Assembly (NCBI GenBank): GCA_038231275.1
Contig: JBBRLQ010000049.1
Location: 9,141-41,140 of the forward strand
Direction: 5' to 3'
DNA from: Polyangiales bacterium
GTDB taxonomy: Bacteria > Myxococcota_A > Polyangia > Polyangiales > Polyangiaceae
Length of the DNA stretch: 32,000 nt
Part shown: one piece after another, positions 15,135 to 23,166 of the stretch
Layout of the letters: every line of letters begins with the position of its first letter
Numbering within the stretch: position 1 is the stretch's first letter
Program-made: the position numbers and the translations under genes
The notes under the pieces: model-generated
The model's database searches: none
Told to the model about the DNA's origin: nothing
What the model saw: only the letters and a program-made list of their open reading frames with translations

Positions 15135-15833
15135 TCAGCACTTGCAGGAGTACGAGGTGCCGCTCCCCTGGCACGTCTTGTCGAAGATGAGGAGGCAGCA
15201 GAACGTGCAGCACGAGTTGCCGCACTTGCCGCAGTCGTTGTCGCCGGTGAGCGACGTCTCGCAGCCGTTCGCCGGATTGCCATCGCAGTCGCCGAAGTTC
15301 GTCACGCATCCGCCGCAGACGCCGGCCGCGCCGCACGTCGTGTTGTTCGGGCAGTCGGTGTCTGCGCAGCAGGCGTGGCACGCGCCGTCGGAGCACACGC
15401 GCTGACCGGCGGGACAGCCGCACGCACCGCCGTCGCCCGCACCGCCGCTGCACGCGAAGTCGCAGGTGCCCGCGGCGCTGCAGGTGGGGGAACCGCCGTC
15501 GGGCGCGGTGCAGCTCGTGCCGCAGCCGGAAGCGCAGCCGGCTTCCGGGAAGTTCGGCTGTGCCGGGACGCAGTCCGCGCCGCACGCGTGGAGGCCGGAC
15601 GCGCAGGTGGCGCATCCGGGGCCGGTGTGTCCATCAGGGCAGCCGGCGTCGACACGCGGAGGGCGCGCGTCGTTGCCCGCCTCGTTCGTCGTCGCGTCGT
15701 CCGGCACCGCGCCGTCGTCGGTGCCGTCGCCCGTGAGATCGGGGACGTCGGTGCCGTTGGCGCACGCGGCAAAGCGGAGGAAAAACCCCATCGCGGCGAG
15801 CGCGAGGAGGGACGGCAGGGTTCGCGTCGCCAT
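15135..15833 (-). CDS. Cys-rich secreted lipoprotein with myxobacterial-type disulfide repeats
   Basis: Lipobox RFAAC, about 40 Cys. The motif GDCDGNPANGCETSLTGDNDCGKCGNSC is typical of myxobacterial secreted proteins. Unusual tail: CCTFCCLLIFDKTCQGSGTSYSCKC. Confidence 0.7.
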   Translation of the reverse strand: MATRTLPSLLALAAMGFFLRFAACANGTDVPDLTGDGTDDGAVPDDATTNEAGNDARPPRVDAGCPDGHTGPGCATCASGLHACGADCVPAQPNFPEAGCASGCGTSCTAPDGGSPTCSAAGTCDFACSGGAGDGGACGCPAGQRVCSDGACHACCADTDCPNNTTCGAAGVCGGCVTNFGDCDGNPANGCETSLTGDNDCGKCGNSCCTFCCLLIFDKTCQGSGTSYSCKC

Positions 15834-16093
15834 CGTCGGCCGGGACAGTACGAGGGAACGGGTGAGTCGGCAAACCGATTGGTGTGTGGATGTGGGACAT
15901 CGCCGCGTCGGCTCCCTGGATCGCGCGCCTCGCCGCGGCCTTCATTGACACGCGGCGTCATGGCGCCGGTCCGTAAGCAAAATCAACCTGTTGGTTCATT
16001 CTCGCGAGCGGCAGCCGCGAGGCAGCGCGAGGCGTTCGCGATACCGAACGAGGGAAGAGGGCGGCACGACCACTGCAGTTACGGCTGCCCGTC

Positions 16094-17749
16094 ATGCGCT
16101 CACCGGCCCTGCCCCTCCTCTTGTCCATCGCGCTCTTCAGCCTGGCGGTCGCGGCGAGCGCGGCGGTCATCGGCTGCGCCGGGCCCGAGGTCGGGGACCC
16201 GCCGGCGGTCGCCGATCCGACCGCGTCCTCCCCGCCCGGCGATCCGAACGTGCCGGAGGCAGGCGCGATCGTGCCGGGTCCCTTGCAGCACGGCGACGCG
16301 GGAGCCGAAGGCGGCGCGGGCGACCTCGGACCGGGTGGCGACTTCCGCGGGTACGCCGACGCCGTCGCCGCGTCGCTCCGAGGCTTCTACGATCCGACGA
16401 CCGGCCTCTTCCCGTCGACCGGCTGGTGGAACTCCGCCAACGCGATCACAGCGCTCGCCGACTACTCGCTCCGCACCGGCTCGCGCCAGTTCGTCTCGGA
16501 CTTCGGGACGACGTTCGACAAGAACCGCAGCAAGAATTTCTTGAACGAGTACTACGACGACGAGGGCTGGTGGGCGCTCGCGTGGATCAAGGTCTTCGAC
16601 GTCACGAAGGACGCGCGGTACCTCGACATGGCGAAGGTCATCTTCACCGACATGACCGGCGGCTGGGACGCGACGTGCGGCGGCGGCATTTGGTGGAGCA
16701 AGGCGCGCGGCTACAAGAACGCGATCGCCAACGAGCTCTTCCTCGAGGTCGCCGTGCGCTTGCACCAGCGAACGCCCAGCGGCGCCACCGGCGCGGGGAG
16801 CTACCTCGACTGGGCGAAGCGCGAGTGGGCGTGGTTCGACGCGTCGGGGCTCGTCGGCGACGTCGGGCTCGTGAACGACGGGCTCGACGGCGCGTGCAAG
16901 AACAACAAGCAGGCGACGTGGTCCTACAACCAAGGCGTCGTCGTCGGCGGCCTCATCGAGCTCGCCGACGCGACGGGCGACGCCACGCTCCTCGCGCGCG
17001 CGTCTGCGATCGCGACGGCGGCGATGACCAAGCTCACCGACGCGCGCGGCGTCCTCGGCGAGCCGTGCGGAACGGCGTGCGGCGGTCCCGACGTCCCGCA
17101 GTTCAAGGGCATCTTCGCGCGCCACCTCGCGTCGCTCTTCGCAGTGACCGGCGACGCCCGCGCGCGCGCATTCCTCGCGACGAACGCCGACTGGGTGTGG
17201 AACGCCGCGCGCGGGCCCGGCGACGACATCGGCCTCTTCTGGGGCGGCGCGTTCGACAAGGCGGACGCGGCGCGCCAGTCCGCCGCGCTCGACCTCATGA
17301 ACGCTGCGATCCCTTTCGCCGAGCCCGCGACCAACGCGCTCCTCCACAAGACCGCCACCGCCAACGGCACGTGCGCCGCCGATCAAGGCGCCGAGAAGGC
17401 GTTCGACGGCGTCGGCGCGACGAAGTGGTGCTCCGGCGCGACGGCCGGCGCCTACTGGCTCGCCCTCGACGTCGGCGCGACGACCTCGGTCAGCCGCGTG
17501 ATCGTTCGCCACGCCGGCGCGGGCGGCGAGAGCCAAGCGTGGAACACCCGCGATTTCACGCTCGAGACGAGCACCGACGGAACCGCGTGGACCAAGATCG
17601 CGACGGTGACGGGCAACACGCTGCCGGTCACCATCCATCGCTTCCCCGCCGTGACGGCCCAGCACGTGCGCCTGAGCATCACGGCCGCGCAGACCGATAC
17701 GTCCTACGTCGCCGCGCGCATCTACGAGGTCGAAGCGTACGCGCGGTGA
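16094..17749 (+). CDS. Glycoside hydrolase family 76 (alpha-1,6-mannanase-like) lipoprotein with C-terminal F5/8 type C (discoidin/CBM32-like) domain
   Basis: Lipobox VIGC. GH76-like stretches: GWWNSANAITALADY, YYDDEGWWALAWIKVFDVT, GGGIWWSK, NELFLEVA. C-terminal discoidin-like: AFDGVGATKWCS...YWLALDVG...VRLSITAAQ...ARIYEVEAY. Confidence 0.85.
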   Translation: MRSPALPLLLSIALFSLAVAASAAVIGCAGPEVGDPPAVADPTASSPPGDPNVPEAGAIVPGPLQHGDAGAEGGAGDLGPGGDFRGYADAVAASLRGFYDPTTGLFPSTGWWNSANAITALADYSLRTGSRQFVSDFGTTFDKNRSKNFLNEYYDDEGWWALAWIKVFDVTKDARYLDMAKVIFTDMTGGWDATCGGGIWWSKARGYKNAIANELFLEVAVRLHQRTPSGATGAGSYLDWAKREWAWFDASGLVGDVGLVNDGLDGACKNNKQATWSYNQGVVVGGLIELADATGDATLLARASAIATAAMTKLTDARGVLGEPCGTACGGPDVPQFKGIFARHLASLFAVTGDARARAFLATNADWVWNAARGPGDDIGLFWGGAFDKADAARQSAALDLMNAAIPFAEPATNALLHKTATANGTCAADQGAEKAFDGVGATKWCSGATAGAYWLALDVGATTSVSRVIVRHAGAGGESQAWNTRDFTLETSTDGTAWTKIATVTGNTLPVTIHRFPAVTAQHVRLSITAAQTDTSYVAARIYEVEAYAR

Positions 17750-17753
17750 CGAC

Positions 17754-19145
17754 TCACAGGCACGGACGCGTCGGCAAGACGAGAGGCGGCAGCGGCGCCT
17801 GCGTGAAGTCGAAGGCGCCGAAGAGATCGTTGGCCTGCCCGTCCTGCGCGGCGGGATCGATGTCGCTCAGCGTCCGCTTCGCGCCGAAGATCTTCCCGAT
17901 GAAGCGCGGGATGCTCGCCTGCTCCGCGGTCTCCTTCAGCACGAAGTGAGGGCGCGCGTACGGCGATATCACGATGAGCGGGACGCGGAAGCCGAGCCCG
18001 TACGGCTTGGACTTGTCGCACCCGTATTGCCGGGGCGGCGGCACGTGATCGTACCAGCCGCCATAGTCGTCCATCGTGAAGAGGACGGCGGTGTCCTTCC
18101 AGTAGTCGCTGCCCATGAGCTTGTTGAGCTTGGTGACGGTCCAGTTCTCGCCGGCGCACACGCTGCCGACTTGCGGGTGCTCGTCGTCGAGATCCTGATC
18201 GACGAGCCAGCTCACGTTGGGCAGCGTGTGGTTGTCGATGTCGGACTCGAACTCGGTGACGTTGACCACGTTCTTCCATCCGGCTCCGTTGCGGACGCCG
18301 TCGACCGCGTCGAACATCGACCAGATCTCCGGCAGGACGTAGAAGTTGGTGCCGTAGAACTTCCAGCTCACGTCGCCGGGAAGGATGTCCGGCACCGTCG
18401 GGATCTTGAAGCAGGGGAAGACTTGCTTGGACGAGCACGTCGCCTGATCGTCGATCGGGAGGCGCGCGTCGGGCGACTGATCGCAGCCCCAGTAGGCGCT
18501 CGTCACGTTGTCGGGGTTGCTCGTCGCCCAGCCGGCCTGCGCCGCGAGGACGAAAAGGTGGCCGGGGAAGCTCGGACCGAGGACGTTGGCGAAGAAGTGA
18601 TCGCCGAGCGTGAACGCGCGCGCGTACGCCCAGTAGTTGGGGATGTCGGCCTCTTGGTACTGCGCGTACGCGAGGGCGCTGGCGCTGGCGGAGCCGCCGG
18701 GCAGGTCCCAGCCGTTCATCGCGCCGGCGTTCCAATTGATGAGCGCGCCGGGGTGGTCGTGATCGATGTCGCTCGGCGTGCGATCGGGCGCGCGCCCGCA
18801 CGCGAAGGTGGCGCCGTCGTGCTTGGTGCAGGTCGTCGTCCCCTCGGCGCCGGGAAACGAGCCGAAGTAGTTGTCGAAGGTGTGGTTCTCTTTGACGACG
18901 ACGACGATGTGCTTGATGGGGTACGCGGACGTCGGCCGCGGCGCGGCGTCGGGCAGCGCAGCATCCGCGTTCGAAGCGTCCGTCGACCCTGCGTCGGGGC
19001 CCGCCTCTCCGGCGCCCGAATCACCGCCAGCGCCTCCTTCAGAGGGCGCGGCGCTCGGATCCGCGCCGGGCGAACCGCCGCCGCAGCCCACGACCCATGC
19101 GGTCAGGAAGAAGGCAGCGAGCCGCGGGGCGGGAAGTATTTGCAT
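17754..19145 (-). CDS. Phosphoesterase family lipoprotein (phospholipase C / acid phosphatase AcpA-like)
   Basis: Lipobox VVGC. IKHIVVVVKENHTFDNYFGSFPG is the hallmark N-terminal motif of the phosphoesterase family. Also ...FTMDDYGGWYDHVPPP. Confidence 0.85.
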   Translation of the reverse strand: MQILPAPRLAAFFLTAWVVGCGGGSPGADPSAAPSEGGAGGDSGAGEAGPDAGSTDASNADAALPDAAPRPTSAYPIKHIVVVVKENHTFDNYFGSFPGAEGTTTCTKHDGATFACGRAPDRTPSDIDHDHPGALINWNAGAMNGWDLPGGSASASALAYAQYQEADIPNYWAYARAFTLGDHFFANVLGPSFPGHLFVLAAQAGWATSNPDNVTSAYWGCDQSPDARLPIDDQATCSSKQVFPCFKIPTVPDILPGDVSWKFYGTNFYVLPEIWSMFDAVDGVRNGAGWKNVVNVTEFESDIDNHTLPNVSWLVDQDLDDEHPQVGSVCAGENWTVTKLNKLMGSDYWKDTAVLFTMDDYGGWYDHVPPPRQYGCDKSKPYGLGFRVPLIVISPYARPHFVLKETAEQASIPRFIGKIFGAKRTLSDIDPAAQDGQANDLFGAFDFTQAPLPPLVLPTRPCL

Positions 19146-19173
19146 TGCAAGTGCAAATTCACGCGGCGACGGG

Positions 19174-19199
19174 CGCGGGGCAACCGAATTCGCCCCGCG
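19174..19199 (-). other. GC-rich hairpin (8-bp stem, 10-nt loop) between two co-oriented genes
   Basis: CGCGGGGC-aaccgaattc-GCCCCGCG. No U-tract follows on the minus strand, so any terminator or attenuator role is uncertain. Confidence 0.35.
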
Positions 19200-19250
19200 A
19201 GACGCCCGGGTGACGGCGCCGCCTCCGTCATCCTCGTCGGCCGGCCGGCC

Positions 19251-19982
19251 TCAGGGGCAGTACGATTTCACGTAGTTGTAGTACGTGGTGCACGTCGCGT
19301 CGTTGCCCGCCGCCGAGTCGTGCGCCTGCTGGCAGCCGCTCTTGATGTTGGCGTCGGCGATCTTGTCGCAACACGTCTGGAGCGTCGCGCACGTCACGCC
19401 GCCGCCGCCGCTGGAGCCGCTGGTGCCGCTGGCGCCGCTCGTGCCGCTGGCGCCGCTACTGCCGCTCGAGCCGGTCGTCATGCACGCGGGCTTGGTGCAG
19501 TTCGCGCCGCTCACGCACGTGCTGAGCTTGACCGAGCAGTTCTGACACCCGGTGTCGGGCGTCGGGCACTTGACGATGCACGCGTTGTCGCCGCAGGCGC
19601 ACTTCGAGATGCAGCCGATGTACGCCGAGCACGAGCCGCCGGTGAAGTCGCCGCTCTTGTAGGCTGCGCCGTAGCACTCCTTGTAGGTGGTGTCGCACGC
19701 GGCGGCGACGCAGTTGTCGTACGTGTCGACGTCGGCCTGCGAGCAGCTCGACTGGGTCGAATTGGGGCAGCTCTTGAAGCCGCCGCTGGACGAGCCCGAG
19801 GTGCCGGAGGTACCCGACGTGCCGGAAGTGCCTGAGGTTCCGGAGGTGCCGGCGGTGCCCGAGGTGCCGGAGGTGCCCGAGGTGCCGGACGACGAGCTCG
19901 TGGTGGTGGAGCTGCACGCGAAGACGAGGCCGAGCGTGAGCGCGGCGGTGGTGATGATGGTCTTCCGAGTGGTGATGATCAT
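19251..19982 (-). CDS. Lipoprotein with (G-T-S)n stalk and two Cys-rich modules separated by a second S/G linker
   Basis: Start at MIITTRKTIITTAALTLGLVFAC (GGAGG 7 nt upstream). GTSGTSGTSGTAGTSGTSGTSGTSGTSGTSG, then a 20-Cys module, then GSSGSSGASGTSGASGTSGSSGGGG, then a second Cys module ending ...YVKSYCP. Confidence 0.7.
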   Translation of the reverse strand: MIITTRKTIITTAALTLGLVFACSSTTTSSSSGTSGTSGTSGTAGTSGTSGTSGTSGTSGTSGSSSGGFKSCPNSTQSSCSQADVDTYDNCVAAACDTTYKECYGAAYKSGDFTGGSCSAYIGCISKCACGDNACIVKCPTPDTGCQNCSVKLSTCVSGANCTKPACMTTGSSGSSGASGTSGASGTSGSSGGGGVTCATLQTCCDKIADANIKSGCQQAHDSAAGNDATCTTYYNYVKSYCP

Positions 19983-20072
19983 GGGAACCTCCGAGGTCGG
20001 TTGGGACGGGACCGGACACGGACCCGGGAACCGTGGCACTTAACCCCCTTCGGGACCCCGCGGCAACGCCTT

Positions 20073-20699
20073 TTACCGAGGATTCTTGAAGGACGACGCG
20101 GCCGCGCGGACCTTGGCGACGATCTCGGCGGGCGACGCGCGATCGGTCATGTTCTCGCCGATCTGCTTCCAGAGGATGGCGCGATCTTGGGAGACGATGA
20201 AGACGGCGGGCACTGCGATATCGCGCCCCTCCATCGCCACGCCGTACGCGGCGGCCACGTGCAGATCGGCGTCGCCGAGGAGGCGGAAGTGGAGATCGAG
20301 CTCCTTGGCGAGCTTCACCGACTCGTCGGCGGCGTCGACGCTGATGGCGACGAGGCTACCGCCCTGCGCTTCGATCTCTCCGCGAACACTCTCCAGCTGC
20401 CCGAGCTGGCGGCGACAGAAGGGTCACCAGAAGCCGCGGTAGAAGACGAGGACCGCGGGCCCGCGTGCGGTGAGCGCGGCGAGGGTGGTGGTGGCGCCGC
20501 TCTGATCCTCGAGAGAAAAATCCGGCGCGTGCGCGGTGGCCACGACCGATCCCGCGCGGCGCGATATCGGCTTGTACACACCGATCGCGACGACGATCGC
20601 GAGGAGGGCGACGATGCCGAAGATCGCGAGCGCGATGATCCGGAGGACGCGCCGCTTTCGCGGTTTCTTCGGCGGCGTTTCGGCGGCGTCGGTCGTCAC
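20073..20699 (-). CDS. Candidate selenoprotein: membrane-anchored PRX_like2/AhpC-TSA-type thiol-disulfide oxidoreductase with in-frame UGA (Sec) at 20426-20424
   Basis: GTG at 20699 gives (M)TTDAAETPPKKPRKRRVLRIIALAIFGIVALLAIVVAIGVY (one TM) ...GPAVLVFYRGFW-TGA-PFCRRQLGQLESVRGEIEAQGGSLVAISVDAADESVKLAKELDLHF...FKNPR*. The frame is unbroken after the TGA and keeps high GC3. Track ORFs 20424..21071 and 20073..20318 are in the same frame. The TGA aligns with the first Cys of FYRGGWCPYC in the paralog at 26378..27130. Confidence 0.65.
20393..20409 (-). promoter_or_regulatory. Candidate bacterial SECIS hairpin downstream of the in-frame UGA
   Basis: mRNA reads UGA-N14-CCAGCU-CGGGC-AGCUGG: a 6-bp stem and a G-rich 5-nt loop, with loop Gs about 22-24 nt after the UGA. 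A further CCG/CGG pairing (mRNA +15..17 with +45..47) is possible. Not energy-evaluated. Confidence 0.45.
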
Positions 20700-20731
20700 G
20701 CGAGGCAGGTTACCACGAGGCTCCGACGCGC

Positions 20732-22267
20732 TCAGGCGAAGAGATCGGCGACCTTGCGCGCGTCGCCGGCTTCCATCGCTGCTTCGACCTCGAGGCTGAG
20801 CGAGTCGTCGCCGACCGTCGCCACCGCGAGCACGCGCCCTGCGCGCTCGAAGGCCGCGGCGTACTTTCCGGACGCAAGCGTGCCGCGCGTACGGATCTTG
20901 TCCCACCCCTCGGCGTGCCCGACGTAGTTGATGGTGGTGTCGTAGTGCGCGCTCCAGAAGAAGGGCACGTCGCGGAAAGGAGCGCCGTCGCCGAGCATCG
21001 CGCGCGCGACCGCTTGGCCTTGGCGCTCCGCGTAGGCCCAGTGCTCGATGCGGACGAGCGCGCCCGACCATGCCTCGGGCAAGCGCGCGATGTCGCCCGC
21101 CGCGTACACGCCTTCCGCGCTGGTGCGCAGCTTCTCGTCGACGACAACGCCGCGGTCCACCCGAAGCCCCGCGTTCTCCGCGAGCGCGACGTTGGGCGTG
21201 ACGCCGACGCCGAGCACCACGAAGTCGGCGGCGAGGCGCGTCCCGCTCTCGAGCACGACCGCGTCGTCGGGGATCTGCGACGGCTTCTGCTCCATGTGGA
21301 ACCGCACGCCGTTCTTTTCGTGCAGCGCCTTCACGAAGGCGCCGATCTCGTCGCCGACGACGCGCGCGAGCGGGATCTTCTCTGCTCCCACGACATCCAC
21401 CTCGACGCCTCGCGCGCGGAGCGACGCCGCGACCTCGAGCCCGATGAAGCTCGCGCCGATCACGACCGCGCGCGCTCCGCTCGTTGCTTTCGCGACGATC
21501 GCGCGCGAGTCGGCGAGCGTGCGGAGGACGAAGACGTTCGCAGACTCCGCGCCCGGCACGTCGAGCGTTCGCGGAGCGGATCCGGTCGCGAGGAGGAGCG
21601 CGCCGTATGCGAGGCGTCGTCCGCTCGTCAAGGTCACGCTCTGCGCGTTCGTGTCGAGCAGCGCCGCCGCGTCCCCCATCACGAGCTCCACGCCGTGCTC
21701 GCGATAGAACGCCGCGTCACGCAGCGGAATCCACTCCTCCGGCGCCTTCCCCGCGAGGTAGTCCTTCGAGAGGTTCGGCCGATCGACGGGCCCGGGCGGC
21801 TCATCGGCGACGAGCGCGATCGCCCCCACGTACCCGAGACGACGCAGCCCCTCCGCGCATGCCGCCCCCGCCGCGCCGCCGCCGACGATGACGACCGAGC
21901 TCGGCCCCTTCGCCGCGCCCGGCTTCTCGTCCACGCGCTTCTTCCCGACGCGCACGAGCGCTCCCGCGCGCACGACCTCGAAGCACGCGAGCGGCGTCAG
22001 CGCCGGCGCCGCCGCGCGCCCCGTCGCGAGATCGAAGCACGCGTGGTGCCACGGACAACGCACGGTGCCGCCCACGACGAGCCCCTCCGCGAGCGGCCCC
22101 GAATAATGCGTGCAGGTTGCACTCGTCGCGTGCACGGCCTCGCCGACGCGCACGAGCATCACGGCCTCGCCGCCCGCGTGCCCGAGGAGCGGCCGCCCCT
22201 CTTCGAGCCTGCTCGCGTCGACCCCCGCGGACAGATCCGGCCCCGTCAGCTCCGCTGCTTGCCCCAT
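20732..22267 (-). CDS. Rieske [2Fe-2S] domain fused to FAD/NAD(P)-dependent pyridine nucleotide-disulfide oxidoreductase (ferredoxin-reductase / AIF-like)
   Basis: Rieske ligands: CTHYSGPL ... CPWHHACF. Dinucleotide folds: VVIVGGGAAGAACAE and AVVIGASFIGLEVAASL, plus AAGDIA. AGGAG lies 7 nt before the ATG at 22267. Confidence 0.9.
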   Translation of the reverse strand: MGQAAELTGPDLSAGVDASRLEEGRPLLGHAGGEAVMLVRVGEAVHATSATCTHYSGPLAEGLVVGGTVRCPWHHACFDLATGRAAAPALTPLACFEVVRAGALVRVGKKRVDEKPGAAKGPSSVVIVGGGAAGAACAEGLRRLGYVGAIALVADEPPGPVDRPNLSKDYLAGKAPEEWIPLRDAAFYREHGVELVMGDAAALLDTNAQSVTLTSGRRLAYGALLLATGSAPRTLDVPGAESANVFVLRTLADSRAIVAKATSGARAVVIGASFIGLEVAASLRARGVEVDVVGAEKIPLARVVGDEIGAFVKALHEKNGVRFHMEQKPSQIPDDAVVLESGTRLAADFVVLGVGVTPNVALAENAGLRVDRGVVVDEKLRTSAEGVYAAGDIARLPEAWSGALVRIEHWAYAERQGQAVARAMLGDGAPFRDVPFFWSAHYDTTINYVGHAEGWDKIRTRGTLASGKYAAAFERAGRVLAVATVGDDSLSLEVEAAMEAGDARKVADLFA

Positions 22268-22320
22268 GCGCCACTCCTGCGCCGCGTGGAGACCCGCGTC
22301 AAGAGTGGCTTTTCCAGGGG

Positions 22321-22349
22321 TTGTGCGCTCCGTCGCGCGGTCTTATGTT
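22321..22349 (+). promoter_or_regulatory. Candidate sigma-70-type promoter for ssrA (TTGTGC-N17-TATGTT)
   Basis: Read directly from the sequence. The -10 ends 23 nt before the mature 5-prime end, which is consistent with a processed precursor. Confidence 0.35.
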
Positions 22350-22372
22350 GCACGGGCCTCATCCTCACTTTC

Positions 22373-22733
<361 letters not shown>

Positions 22734-22788
22734 CGTAACAAGCTGGAAGAACCACCAACAGGCGCCCCCCGAAGAGGGGCCGCCTCCA

Positions 22789-23034
22789 TCACGCCTCCAA
22801 AACCACGCGCCCGATCGAGCAGGCCGATCGCCGCGTCGCGGTCCGTGGACGAGAGCCCATGTAGCCGGACGTCGTGCTGATGTGCTCGTGGCCGGCGAGC
22901 TCCTTGATCGCCAGCACCGAGGCGCCCGCCGCGGCGAGGGAAGAACAGAACGGCTCGCGGCCGTCGTCTTGATAGAGGACGCGCTCGCCGCGAAGGTGAC
23001 GGTGCCTGGAGAGAGCGTTCGGCCAGAGCGGAAG
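22789..23034 (-). pseudogene. Remnant of a tyrosine recombinase (phage-type integrase) C-terminus next to the tmRNA 3-prime end
   Basis: The third minus frame, not in the track, reads ...FCSSLAAAGASVLAIKELAGHEHISTTSGYM... This matches the conserved integrase C-terminal pattern (aG...iq.llGH.s..tT..Y, catalytic Tyr). The frame is closed by a TGA just upstream, has no start codon, and only about 80 codons are open. Confidence 0.5.
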
Positions 23035-23166
23035 TCATCGTGACGATCCGCTCTGGCTGGCTCAGGCTCACCGATCGCGATTGGAGCTCGGGATCGCCGC
23101 GTCCCAACGATCACGCGCCCGCGGATTGCAGCAATGGCATTCCCCGCTCTCGCCCGGCCCGCGACG

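Noticed and set aside
20034-20048. TGGCAC-N5 resembling a sigma-54 -24 element.
   Set aside because: The -12 position reads CCCC rather than TTGC. In addition, no plus-strand gene lies downstream.
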